This document shows, piece after piece, positions 1 through 8,593 of a stretch of DNA of 20,000 bases. Each line of letters opens with the position of its first letter. Position 1 is the first letter of the stretch. Under the pieces are notes generated by a model, which was not told the origin of the DNA, searched no databases, and saw nothing but the letters and a program-made list of their open reading frames with translations. Made by a program: the position numbers and the translations under genes. Source of the stretch: an uncultured virus (IMG/VR IMGVR_UViG_3300030430_003815) (Duplodnaviria > Heunggongvirae > Uroviricota > Caudoviricetes); IMG/VR virus record IMGVR_UViG_3300030430_003815, one strand, 5' to 3'.

Positions 1-4
1 AAAC

Positions 5-1075
5 ATGTACAACTATGATTGGTGGTCTTATGATAAAGACATAATGAAAGATTTTAATCATTTCTTAAAAAAGATTAATACTCGAGCATGCATCAATTAT
101 GGTTTTATTGATGAGGAATATGAAAACTTGAATAGGCATGGCGAGTTAGATCATGGCCTAGGACGCAACGTAGAATATTTCCACCCTACAATTACTTTAG
201 ATGATAGAATGAGATATATTGGTACAGTCATTGCGCAACACGATATGTCAGATTTTAGTATCTTAGGTAATGGTATCATATCTCACTTTTATGGAGCACG
301 AGGTTGTCATATGGCAGTTACAGGATCTAATGATCCAAACGACTGTTTTGTTGATTTTGATAGACTGGCTGAAAATGATAAAGATTATTTGCAACATCTT
401 AGAAATAATATAGATAATGCTAAGAGATTAAAAAAACCAATATGGGGTACAACAGAACTTCATACATCAATACAAGCAGCGTCAAGAAATTATTGTAGAG
501 AAAAATATGATGATGCAAATAGATTATTTCATCCAGTTGATGTAGTTGATTGGGTAGCATCATTTAGAGATAATGGAACATATGAAGAACTTTTTGCTGC
601 AGATCATATTGGTCAAGCTTATAAGATATTAAGAAAGTTGCCAGGTATTGGAGAATATTATGGATTTCACGGCGCGGCATCAACTAGTGTTTTGCCTCAA
701 ATGAAATATTATCATGATGATAAATTTGTAGCACCAGGGCCAGGCGCCGTATATACAATAGGACTCATGTGGCCAAAAGCTCCAAAAAAATATTATGCAG
801 AAGCTATTTACTTCTTGAGAGAAAATAGTGATGAAATCGGTCTTACAGAAGATGTTAGTTTCCATCCAGGCGCATATAATATTGACATGCCAGGTGGAAA
901 AAAACTTTTTAGAGAAGATCAAAAAACTCTTAAATATTATGGTACTGAAGTTTTATCTTGTCAGTTCGGTATATACTTGCAGATTAGAGAAGATGCTAAC
1001 ATGTGCGCAAAACGTCAGGTATCAAGAGCTACAGTACTTGAAGATCAAAATACATTAGAAAGTTTTATGCAATGA
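5..1075 (+). CDS. aGPT-PPlase/amino acid:DNA transferase-like protein (helical HhH/glycosylase-like fold), putative DNA base hypermodification enzyme
   Basis: HhH-like LPGIGEYYG, then FVAPGPGA and C-terminal EVLSCQFGIY, matching my recall of the aGPT-PPlase clade 1 pattern (GxGxF...GPGA...E..LC...Y). Starts at the window edge, so the start is unverified. ATGA overlap with the next gene. Confidence 0.6.
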   Translation: MYNYDWWSYDKDIMKDFNHFLKKINTRACINYGFIDEEYENLNRHGELDHGLGRNVEYFHPTITLDDRMRYIGTVIAQHDMSDFSILGNGIISHFYGARGCHMAVTGSNDPNDCFVDFDRLAENDKDYLQHLRNNIDNAKRLKKPIWGTTELHTSIQAASRNYCREKYDDANRLFHPVDVVDWVASFRDNGTYEELFAADHIGQAYKILRKLPGIGEYYGFHGAASTSVLPQMKYYHDDKFVAPGPGAVYTIGLMWPKAPKKYYAEAIYFLRENSDEIGLTEDVSFHPGAYNIDMPGGKKLFREDQKTLKYYGTEVLSCQFGIYLQIREDANMCAKRQVSRATVLEDQNTLESFMQ

Positions 1076-2058
1076 AAGCAATACTAAACTGTCCATTTAT
1101 TCCAGTGGCAAAAAGAATAGCTTCTCATAGAGGAGCTCAAGGTGTCATGTATGGCGATATGATAAAACAAAAATATGGACATTGTGATGTCAACTTTGGT
1201 GGAGAGATTGTAGATCACAATCAGTATGATACGATGTGGGTATATCATGGAAATGATTTTAGTGGTGGATTAAATATGTTTGGCGGTGTTTATGGATTTC
1301 CTTATGTAGAAAATACAGTAAACTTTTCTAAGTTTAAAGGAAAGATAAAATCAATAGCCATTGACTTCCCGCCATATCATGAATGGATAAAAGATAAATT
1401 AGATAAGGCTAAAAAAGATGTACAGCCTGAATGGGCCAATGTAGATTTAAATAATCTTGAAAGAATGTATAATGAAGCTGAAACCGTTGATTATCCAAAT
1501 ATGACTGATAAACTAGTCATAGGTGATTCACATTCAATATGCATGTATAGACCAGGTTGGACCGTCAATAGTATACCATTTAAAACTTTAAATGGAGCAT
1601 TAAAAGAAGGTATCAAAACATTCATACCAAAAGGAAGTTTCAATCAAATAGAATTATATTTTGGCAATATTGATATAAGACATCATGTATGTAGGCTAAA
1701 TGCCGATATAGAAGAATTAGCTGATAGGTATATCGAACAAGCAAAAGAATTAAATGCTAAAATATATGAACTACTGCCGATAGAAAACGAATCACGTAAG
1801 TTACCACAATCTGGATATTACAAAGGCGAACCTTTCTGGGGAACATGGCAAGAAAGAACAGATGCAAGAAATAAGTTTAATGATTATATTGAAAGCAAAT
1901 ATGGAATCATACGATGGACAGATAAATTATTAAATAAAGCCGGTGAACTTGATTTTGCATGTATGGAAAAACCAAAGTCAATACATTTAAGTAGAGAATT
2001 CTATCCTCATTGGAATGGTGAAGAAGAAGTAAATACATTAGAGGAGTTTTTCGGATGA
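1072..2058 (+). CDS. SGNH/GDSL-fold hydrolase or acyltransferase-like protein
   Basis: Block I LVIGDSHS, block III FGNIDIRHH, block V-like SIHLS near the C-terminus. ATGA overlaps at both ends. Confidence 0.65.
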   Translation: MKAILNCPFIPVAKRIASHRGAQGVMYGDMIKQKYGHCDVNFGGEIVDHNQYDTMWVYHGNDFSGGLNMFGGVYGFPYVENTVNFSKFKGKIKSIAIDFPPYHEWIKDKLDKAKKDVQPEWANVDLNNLERMYNEAETVDYPNMTDKLVIGDSHSICMYRPGWTVNSIPFKTLNGALKEGIKTFIPKGSFNQIELYFGNIDIRHHVCRLNADIEELADRYIEQAKELNAKIYELLPIENESRKLPQSGYYKGEPFWGTWQERTDARNKFNDYIESKYGIIRWTDKLLNKAGELDFACMEKPKSIHLSREFYPHWNGEEEVNTLEEFFG

Positions 2059-3251
2059 GCTTTGCAAGTATAGTACCACTTATAGGTGGTGAAACAATAG
2101 CAATGCAGAATGTATCAGGTAAAAAACCAGAATATATATTGAGCTATTCAGCGTTTGAAGCAAACGATAATCAATTAGTTGAGTACTATGATAACAAAGT
2201 CCCATACTATCATTTAGATGGTAACATGCCAAATAGTTTACCAACTGTAGAATCAGTTAATACTGTGTGTCCATGCGCAGGATTAAGCAGTCTTTCTCCA
2301 GTTGCCGGTACAAATAACAGTAATAATGATTGGATGATTTCAACAGCTAAACATGTTTTAGAACATATTAATCCTAAAGTATTTTGGGGAGAAAACGCTC
2401 CAAGACTTGCAAGTAAAATGGGAGAACCTATTGTTAAGAATCTTAGAAAAATTGGTAGAGACAATGGTTATACATTTTCTATTTACAAGACTAAATCTAT
2501 ATTACATGGGCTAAGTCAAGTCAGAGACAGAACATTTTATTTCTTTTGGAAAGGAAACAAAACTCCACAACTACCTTACTTTCGCAGAGATTATGAACGT
2601 ATTGAAGATACTATTAGAAATACTAAACTTGAAAAAGATGATCCTATGAATACTCCTGCTAATAGTAAGGTTCCTACAGATAATCCTTTTTATAAGTATG
2701 TACTAGAAGAGATTGAAGGAGGAATAACACATTCAGAGTTTCAAGAAAAAATAGAACGTAGTACTAATCCTTTAGAAGAAATAGAAAGAGCTGGTATAAA
2801 ATATCGTACTGTGGGTGAGTGGATGACTAAAAATGGTCATGATAGAGAAGCAGAAAAGTGTAAAAGAATGCACGATAAATTAGCATCAGGCGGTAATATA
2901 ATGCGTAAAACTACTGAAATACCAAAAGATTATATTGGAGCTTTTGTTGGTCATATGCCAACTTCATTAACACATCCTGATGAAGATAGGTATCTTACAG
3001 TAAGAGAATGTTTATCAATAATGAAACTACCAAATGATTTTATGTTGCAGGGAGGATTAAAAAATCTTAATCACATTTGTCAAAATGTTCCAGTAACTAC
3101 AGCAGAAGATATGGCTACAAGTGTTCATGCTTTTGTTGAAGGAAGACTTGATAACCAATTGATAGATACTGAATTTTTAGTGCAAGACAATAAAAGTAAA
3201 TCATTAGATTATGAAAGAGATGTTTTGAAATTAGATCAATTTATGGTATAA
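2055..3251 (+). CDS. C5-cytosine DNA methyltransferase-like protein with atypical motif I
   Basis: Motifs in canonical order: IV PCAGLS, VI ENAPRL, VIII SQVRDRTF, IX HPDEDRYLTVRE, X QNVPV. Motif I reads SIVPLIGG instead of FxGxGG. Confidence 0.8.
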   Translation: MSFASIVPLIGGETIAMQNVSGKKPEYILSYSAFEANDNQLVEYYDNKVPYYHLDGNMPNSLPTVESVNTVCPCAGLSSLSPVAGTNNSNNDWMISTAKHVLEHINPKVFWGENAPRLASKMGEPIVKNLRKIGRDNGYTFSIYKTKSILHGLSQVRDRTFYFFWKGNKTPQLPYFRRDYERIEDTIRNTKLEKDDPMNTPANSKVPTDNPFYKYVLEEIEGGITHSEFQEKIERSTNPLEEIERAGIKYRTVGEWMTKNGHDREAEKCKRMHDKLASGGNIMRKTTEIPKDYIGAFVGHMPTSLTHPDEDRYLTVRECLSIMKLPNDFMLQGGLKNLNHICQNVPVTTAEDMATSVHAFVEGRLDNQLIDTEFLVQDNKSKSLDYERDVLKLDQFMV

Positions 3252-3261
3252 AGGAGAAAAA

Positions 3262-4014
3262 ATGAAAATAATGATAACTGGTTCAAGTGGTTTTGTTGGA
3301 AGCCATTTGAAAGAAAGATGGAAAGCTAAAGGTCATCAAATTGTAGAATGGGATAGAAAAGAAGGAAAAGAACTAAAAGACATAGTTATTGATAGCGATA
3401 CAAATTACGTTATTCATCTTGCAGCCTGGGCTGATGTAAGAGCATCAATAGAAAGACCAAATGACTATTGGGAAAATAATGTTGTTACTACAACTAATAT
3501 ACAAAGAATATGTCATGAAAAAGGAATACAATTATTTTATGCATCATCTTCTTGTGTACATGCATGGTCTAAATCACCATACGGTATAAGTAAGAAAGTA
3601 AATGAAGAAACAGCTTTTCCTGGTCAAGTAGGTTTACGATTTACGACAGTTTATGGTGAAGGCGCTAGAGACACGATGATGATTGGAAAACTGGTACGAA
3701 ACGAAGCAAATTATGCCACGAATCATGTAAGAGATTTTATTCATGTTAGCGATGTTATGGATGTCATAGAAATGCTTATGAATAAACCTGTTCATATGCT
3801 TGAACCAGCTTATGATGTAGGAACTGGTATTGGAAATAGAGTTGATTACTTAGCTAATGATATTTGTGGTTATGATCTTCCAGTCAAAGAAGGTCAATCT
3901 TGTGAGGCTTTAGATAATACCGCTGACATAACTTTACTAAGAGATATGAAATGGGAACCAAAAGTAAATATCGTAGATTACTTGAGAGAAAAAACTACAG
4001 TACTCCACCAGTGA
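3262..4014 (+). CDS. NAD-dependent nucleotide-sugar epimerase/dehydratase (extended SDR)
   Basis: ITGSSGFVG Rossmann motif, HLAA, ASSS, YGISK (YxxxK), LRFTTVYG, RDFIHVSD. AGGAG Shine-Dalgarno upstream. Confidence 0.92.
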   Translation: MKIMITGSSGFVGSHLKERWKAKGHQIVEWDRKEGKELKDIVIDSDTNYVIHLAAWADVRASIERPNDYWENNVVTTTNIQRICHEKGIQLFYASSSCVHAWSKSPYGISKKVNEETAFPGQVGLRFTTVYGEGARDTMMIGKLVRNEANYATNHVRDFIHVSDVMDVIEMLMNKPVHMLEPAYDVGTGIGNRVDYLANDICGYDLPVKEGQSCEALDNTADITLLRDMKWEPKVNIVDYLREKTTVLHQ

Positions 4015-4184
4015 TTGAACTTTTATTAGGTATAATAGTAATTTTTTTAATATTGACTTTAGCATGGGTTGTATTGCTAATGATAGTATGGATTTTTTCA
4101 ATAACCTTTACCATTGCAAGTTACATCTTTTTACCATTGTTAGGAATACTTTTGGTAATAGCTTTAATTTCATCATTTTTTTAA
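4011..4184 (+). CDS. small hydrophobic membrane protein (57 aa)
   Basis: GTG at 4011 overlaps the epimerase stop (GTGA); product almost wholly hydrophobic. The track ORF 3951..4184 is probably over-extended. Confidence 0.5.
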   Translation: MIELLLGIIVIFLILTLAWVVLLMIVWIFSITFTIASYIFLPLLGILLVIALISSFF

Positions 4185-4213
4185 TTTACATTTTAGTGAA
4201 AATATTATATAAT
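4185..4213 (+). promoter_or_regulatory. sigma70-type/T4 early-like promoter for uvsX
   Basis: TTTACA (4185-4190), 17-nt spacer, TATAAT (4208-4213). Same architecture recurs at 8536, 10626 and 18355. Confidence 0.75.
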
Positions 4214-4241
4214 ATAATATATGACAAAATAGGAGAACTGC

Positions 4242-5279
4242 ATGTCAATAATGGATAAACTCAAAAAGAACTCAAAGCTAAGTCATACCGAAGTTCTTTC
4301 AGAGTCTAAATTTTTTACAGAAAAAGATATGGTAACAACTGATGTACCTATGTTAAACGTTGCTCTATCTGGTTCTGTTGAAGGTGGCTTAGCACCAGGA
4401 CTTACTGTATTAGCAGGTCCGTCTAAACATTTTAAAACTTCATTTGCATTAATGATTGCTTCGGCTTATTTAAAAAAATATTCTGAAGCTGTAATGCTAT
4501 TCTATGATTCAGAGTTTGGTTCACCACAATCTTACTTTCAACAATTTGAAATTGATACGTCAAGAGTTTTACATACGCCTATTACAAATGTAGAAGAACT
4601 TAAATTTGATCTTATAGGTCAACTTGAAAATCTTGATCGTAATGATAAAGTTATTGTAGTTATAGATTCGATAGGCAACCTAGCATCTAAAAAAGAAATG
4701 GAAGATGCACTTAATGAAAAGTCTGTTGCGGATATGTCTAGGGCAAAAGCACTTAAAGGTTTATTTAGAATGACCACACCATATCTTGCAATGAAGAATA
4801 TTCCTTTACTAGCTGTCAATCATACTTATATGGAAATTGGTTTATTTCCTAAAGCTGTTGTTGGTGGTGGTACGGGTATTTACTATTCTGCAGATAATAT
4901 ATGGATCATTGGCCGTCAACAAGATAAGAAAGGTACCGAGATAAAAGGTTATCATTTTGTTATTAATGTAGAAAAATCAAGGTACGTAAAAGAAAAATCT
5001 AAAATTCCAATATCAGTTACTTGGGAAGGCGGTGTATCCAAATTCTCTGGATTATTAGATGTTGCTCTTGCAGGTGGTCATGTTACTAAACCATCAAATG
5101 GTTGGTACCAAAGAAAAGGAGAAGAGAGCAAAGTAAGAGAAGCTGGAACTCTTGAAGAAAACTTTTGGGAGCCAATATTTGCAAATACAGACTTCAAAGA
5201 TTTTATTAAGAGGCAATATTCAATAGGACATACCGCTCCTGTTGAGATGGAAGAGATTGCAGATGAACTCTCCGCTTAA
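4242..5279 (+). CDS. uvsX: UvsX RecA-like recombinase
   Basis: UvsX-type Walker A AGPSKHFKT, FYDSEFG, Walker B VIDSIGNLASKKE, DMSRAK, GGTGIYYSAD. AGGAG SD. T4 gene order uvsX-40-41. Confidence 0.97.
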   Translation: MSIMDKLKKNSKLSHTEVLSESKFFTEKDMVTTDVPMLNVALSGSVEGGLAPGLTVLAGPSKHFKTSFALMIASAYLKKYSEAVMLFYDSEFGSPQSYFQQFEIDTSRVLHTPITNVEELKFDLIGQLENLDRNDKVIVVIDSIGNLASKKEMEDALNEKSVADMSRAKALKGLFRMTTPYLAMKNIPLLAVNHTYMEIGLFPKAVVGGGTGIYYSADNIWIIGRQQDKKGTEIKGYHFVINVEKSRYVKEKSKIPISVTWEGGVSKFSGLLDVALAGGHVTKPSNGWYQRKGEESKVREAGTLEENFWEPIFANTDFKDFIKRQYSIGHTAPVEMEEIADELSA

Positions 5280-5580
5280 AGAAAATGTCGATTATGAATT
5301 CATAGCTGTAGGTGGGGAAGAAAATTCTTGGAGAGTTAGATTCCTCACAGGTCCATATCCTGAAACAATTATATCATTTGGAAAGGTAACAGCTTTCGAA
5401 AATGAACATAGTGATGATGCAACTCTTAAGTTTGATTTTGATATACATTATAGCCCAGACGAAATGCTTACCGATAAAGATGCAGGTCTTCAAGATGCTG
5501 CGGGTAACGTATTAGTTGCTATACTTGAGAGTTCAATAATAGGAAAAGAAATTTTTACAACATCGAGCGAGGATAAATGA
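5263..5580 (+). CDS. acidic hypothetical protein at the T4 gp40 position
   Basis: About 105 aa between uvsX and gene 41, overlapping both. ATG 5263 preferred to 5242. The gp40 identity rests on synteny only. Confidence 0.6.
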   Translation: MNSPLKENVDYEFIAVGGEENSWRVRFLTGPYPETIISFGKVTAFENEHSDDATLKFDFDIHYSPDEMLTDKDAGLQDAAGNVLVAILESSIIGKEIFTTSSEDK

Positions 5581-6962
5581 ATACAAATATAGAACAAGTA
5601 GTTCTAAAGAATATTCTCACGAATGAGAAATATATGCGAAAGGTTCTACCTTTTGTAAAACCAGATTACTTTGAAGGAACATATAAGATTCTCTTCAAAG
5701 AAGCGGGTAAGTTTGTTGGAAAGTATAATAAACTTCCAACGGCTGAAGCCTTCAAGATTGAGATTGATAATGCTGATTCTTTTAACGAAGAGCAATATAG
5801 ACATGCAGTCGAGATTATTCCTAACCTTTTCGAAGAAGAAAAAGCCGATGAAACTTGGCTCTATGATAGTACTGAAAAGTGGTGTCAAGATAGAGCACTA
5901 TATAATGCAGTCATGGAATCAATCTCAATCATTGATGGTAAACATGGAACTCTAACTAAGAATGCTCTACCAGAAATATTAACAAAAGCTTTAGGAGTTT
6001 CTTTTGATACAAACGTAGGTCATGACTATATTGAAAATGCAGATGAACGATATGAGTTCTATCATAGAGATGAAGAACGTATTCCTTTTGATCTAGAATA
6101 TTTTAATCTTATAACAAAAGGTGGTCTTCCTAACAAAACTCTTAATATTTGTCTTGCAGGTACGGGCGTTGGTAAGTCTTTGTTTATGTGCCACTGTGCT
6201 GCATCATCAATGAGTCAAGGCCGTAATGTTCTTTATATTACAATGGAAATGGCTGAAGAACGTATTGCTGAGAGAATAGATGCTAACTTACTTGATTGTC
6301 CTATAGATCAACTACCAAACTTATCAAAAGAAATGTTTGCTGACAGAGTTTATAAATTATCTACAAGAACAAGTGGTAAGTTAATCATAAAAGAATATCC
6401 TACTGGTCAAGCGAGCACTTCTCACTTTAGAGCATTATTAAATGAATTAAAACTTAAGAAGTCTTTTGAACCAGAAATGATCTTTATAGATTATTTAAAC
6501 ATATGTGCTTCATCTAGAATGAAAGGAATGGGCGGTGCAATCAATTCATACAACTACATTAAAGCAATTGCTGAAGAGATACGTGGCCTTGCGGTCGAGT
6601 TTGACGTACCGATCGTATCTGCAACGCAAACGACTCGTTCAGGTTATAGTAACTCGGATATTGGGTTGGAAGATACGTCCGAGTCTTTTGGATTACCCGC
6701 AACTGCCGATTTGATGTTTGCTATTATATCTACTGAAGAACTTGAAAGCATGGGTCAACTTGCTGTAAAACAGTTGAAGAATAGATATAATGATCCAACC
6801 TACAAGAAAAGATTTGTTATTGGCGTTGATAGATCTAAGATGAGATTATATGATGTCAACGAATCAGAACAAACACTGATAGATGACACGCCTGTGTTTG
6901 ATAAAACTCCAACAGGCAAAGCAATAATTGATGAAAAAGCATTTGAAGGATTTAAACTTTAA
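5577..6962 (+). CDS. 41: T4 gp41-like replicative DNA helicase (DnaB family)
   Basis: Walker A AGTGVGKS, YITMEMAEE, IIKEYPT, IFIDYLNICAS, SATQTTRSG, SESFGLPATAD, QLKNRYND. Confidence 0.97.
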   Translation: MNTNIEQVVLKNILTNEKYMRKVLPFVKPDYFEGTYKILFKEAGKFVGKYNKLPTAEAFKIEIDNADSFNEEQYRHAVEIIPNLFEEEKADETWLYDSTEKWCQDRALYNAVMESISIIDGKHGTLTKNALPEILTKALGVSFDTNVGHDYIENADERYEFYHRDEERIPFDLEYFNLITKGGLPNKTLNICLAGTGVGKSLFMCHCAASSMSQGRNVLYITMEMAEERIAERIDANLLDCPIDQLPNLSKEMFADRVYKLSTRTSGKLIIKEYPTGQASTSHFRALLNELKLKKSFEPEMIFIDYLNICASSRMKGMGGAINSYNYIKAIAEEIRGLAVEFDVPIVSATQTTRSGYSNSDIGLEDTSESFGLPATADLMFAIISTEELESMGQLAVKQLKNRYNDPTYKKRFVIGVDRSKMRLYDVNESEQTLIDDTPVFDKTPTGKAIIDEKAFEGFKL

Positions 6963-6970
6963 GGAGAAAT

Positions 6971-7159
6971 ATGATGATAAGCGATATAACTAGATTTCAA
7001 GTATTGATGGAAGAAATAGCATACTTAAAAACAAAAATTCAACCTCATGATACTGGACACATCTATACAACTATAAGTACATTAGAGAGTAGAGTTGAAG
7101 AACTTAAAGAAAGAATGGAACCACAACTGGATAATAAACAGGGAACTTTGTTTGGATAA
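6971..7159 (+). CDS. small hypothetical protein, helical, with C-terminal QGTLF
   Basis: AGGAG SD upstream; 62-aa ORF in a tightly packed operon. Confidence 0.75.
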   Translation: MMISDITRFQVLMEEIAYLKTKIQPHDTGHIYTTISTLESRVEELKERMEPQLDNKQGTLFG

Positions 7160-7360
7160 ATGGCTAATAATTATGGAATGCTTACAGTCTTAGGACTAAA
7201 AAGGCCACCGCAAGGTGATGAAGAGGTAGATACAAGAGTTAATATACATACTCTATATAAACATCGATGGGTTTGGTATCACTTGATTCTTTGTATTCAG
7301 ATGATTTTAACAAATATACTTTTGGTTGGAATACTAATTGTATTAGCAATAAAACTATAA
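7160..7360 (+). CDS. small membrane protein (C-terminal TM helix)
   Basis: Abuts the previous stop; hydrophobic C-terminus LILCIQMILTNILLVGILIVLAI. Confidence 0.7.
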   Translation: MANNYGMLTVLGLKRPPQGDEEVDTRVNIHTLYKHRWVWYHLILCIQMILTNILLVGILIVLAIKL

Positions 7361-7370
7361 AGGAAATAAT

Positions 7371-7577
7371 ATGCCTGGACAAAATTTTATAAATGGTCCA
7401 CCCAATCCACGTGGAAAAGAATCATACACACTAGATGGTAAGATACCAATAGATCAACAATCAGAATCTTTAATACTAAAAGTTACTGGATTAAAGTTTT
7501 TAGTAGAAAATCCTAAGGCACCATTTGTCTGGTTTGCTATTGCTATGTCTATAATTTTTTATATAGAGGGATTTTAA
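7371..7577 (+). CDS. small membrane protein (C-terminal TM helix)
   Basis: AAGGA SD; C-terminal PFVWFAIAMSIIFYI. Confidence 0.7.
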   Translation: MPGQNFINGPPNPRGKESYTLDGKIPIDQQSESLILKVTGLKFLVENPKAPFVWFAIAMSIIFYIEGF

Positions 7578-7841
7578 ATGTTAGATGACGATCAATTTAA
7601 AGAAGTGTACAATCGGCTCATGGAAACTGTAAATAATATATTAGAAGAGTTTGAGGACGTAGATGAAAACATTCATTTAGTTGCGGCTGGAGTGCTCACT
7701 ACAATGGGACTGAGCATGTATAAGACAATCATGTCAGAAAAAGACTTTGATAAGATGGTTAGCATGATGCATGATATGAAAGATGAAATAAGGCGTATGG
7801 AACCACCTGATGAAATAATCGACTCGGAGACATTTCATTGA
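7578..7841 (+). CDS. hypothetical protein (acidic, helical)
   Basis: GAGGG SD; packed between neighbours; TTGA overlap with thyX. Confidence 0.75.
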   Translation: MLDDDQFKEVYNRLMETVNNILEEFEDVDENIHLVAAGVLTTMGLSMYKTIMSEKDFDKMVSMMHDMKDEIRRMEPPDEIIDSETFH

Positions 7842-8497
7842 GAGTTAATATAGTAGGATATACACAACCAAACGAGGAGTTCGAATATGATTTCACCGAT
7901 ACCCAAGACTTCATTGCATTCTGTGCGCGCGTCTCAAACCCAGCAAACCAGAACAACAAAGAAACTAGCGAAAAGCTCATCAAATACCTCATCAAACATA
8001 AACATTGGAGTCCCTTCGAAATGGCGTCAGCAACGCTCGAAGTTGAGACAACAAGAGACATCGCGAGACAACTCCTCCGTCATAGAAGCTTTAGCTTTCA
8101 AGAGTTTAGTCAGCGCTACGCTGATCCTAATAGTCTTGGTGATATTTTCGTACTAAGAGAAGCCAGACTACAAGACGAAAAGAACCGACAAAATAGCATC
8201 GATGTAGAAGATCCTTTGCTAGAGGGTAAATGGATTTCACTACAAAAGAGAGTATGGGAAGAAGCTATGATTGCTTATAACTTTGCTATTAAGAATGGTA
8301 TCGCAAAAGAGCAGGCAAGGTGTGTTCTTCCAGAAGGAAATACTCTTTCGAGACTATATGTAAATGGAACAATCCGTTCTTGGATTCATTATATCGAACT
8401 CAGATCAGCACATGGTACTCAAAAAGAACACATAGAAGTGGCCAAAGCGTGTGCGGAAGTTATATCTAAAATCTTTCCAATAATAGGAAAAGTGTAA
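7838..8497 (+). CDS. thyX: flavin-dependent thymidylate synthase
   Basis: ThyX signature RHRSFSFQEFSQRY (RHRx7S), HWSPFE, AKEQARCVLP, RSWIHYIELR, TQKEH. TTG start with GGAG SD. Confidence 0.97.
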   Translation: MRVNIVGYTQPNEEFEYDFTDTQDFIAFCARVSNPANQNNKETSEKLIKYLIKHKHWSPFEMASATLEVETTRDIARQLLRHRSFSFQEFSQRYADPNSLGDIFVLREARLQDEKNRQNSIDVEDPLLEGKWISLQKRVWEEAMIAYNFAIKNGIAKEQARCVLPEGNTLSRLYVNGTIRSWIHYIELRSAHGTQKEHIEVAKACAEVISKIFPIIGKV

Positions 8498-8535
8498 CAT
8501 TTTTATCACAGTATCAAAAATAATTAAATTAGCTG

Positions 8536-8564
8536 TTTACAATTCTAGAAATCTATGTTATATT
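8536..8564 (+). promoter_or_regulatory. sigma70-type/T4 early-like promoter
   Basis: (G)TTTACA 8536-8541, 17-nt spacer, TG-n-TATATT (8559-8564), in the intergenic gap. Confidence 0.7.
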
Positions 8565-8593
8565 AAATATAGAATAAAAGGAATGAGGGCAGT

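Noticed and set aside
8493..8510. TGTAACA-N4-TATCACA as a CRP site or PhoB/OmpR-type direct repeat
   Set aside because: Spacing is wrong for CRP; it is a single degenerate 11-bp-period repeat overlapping the thyX stop, not distinguishable from chance.
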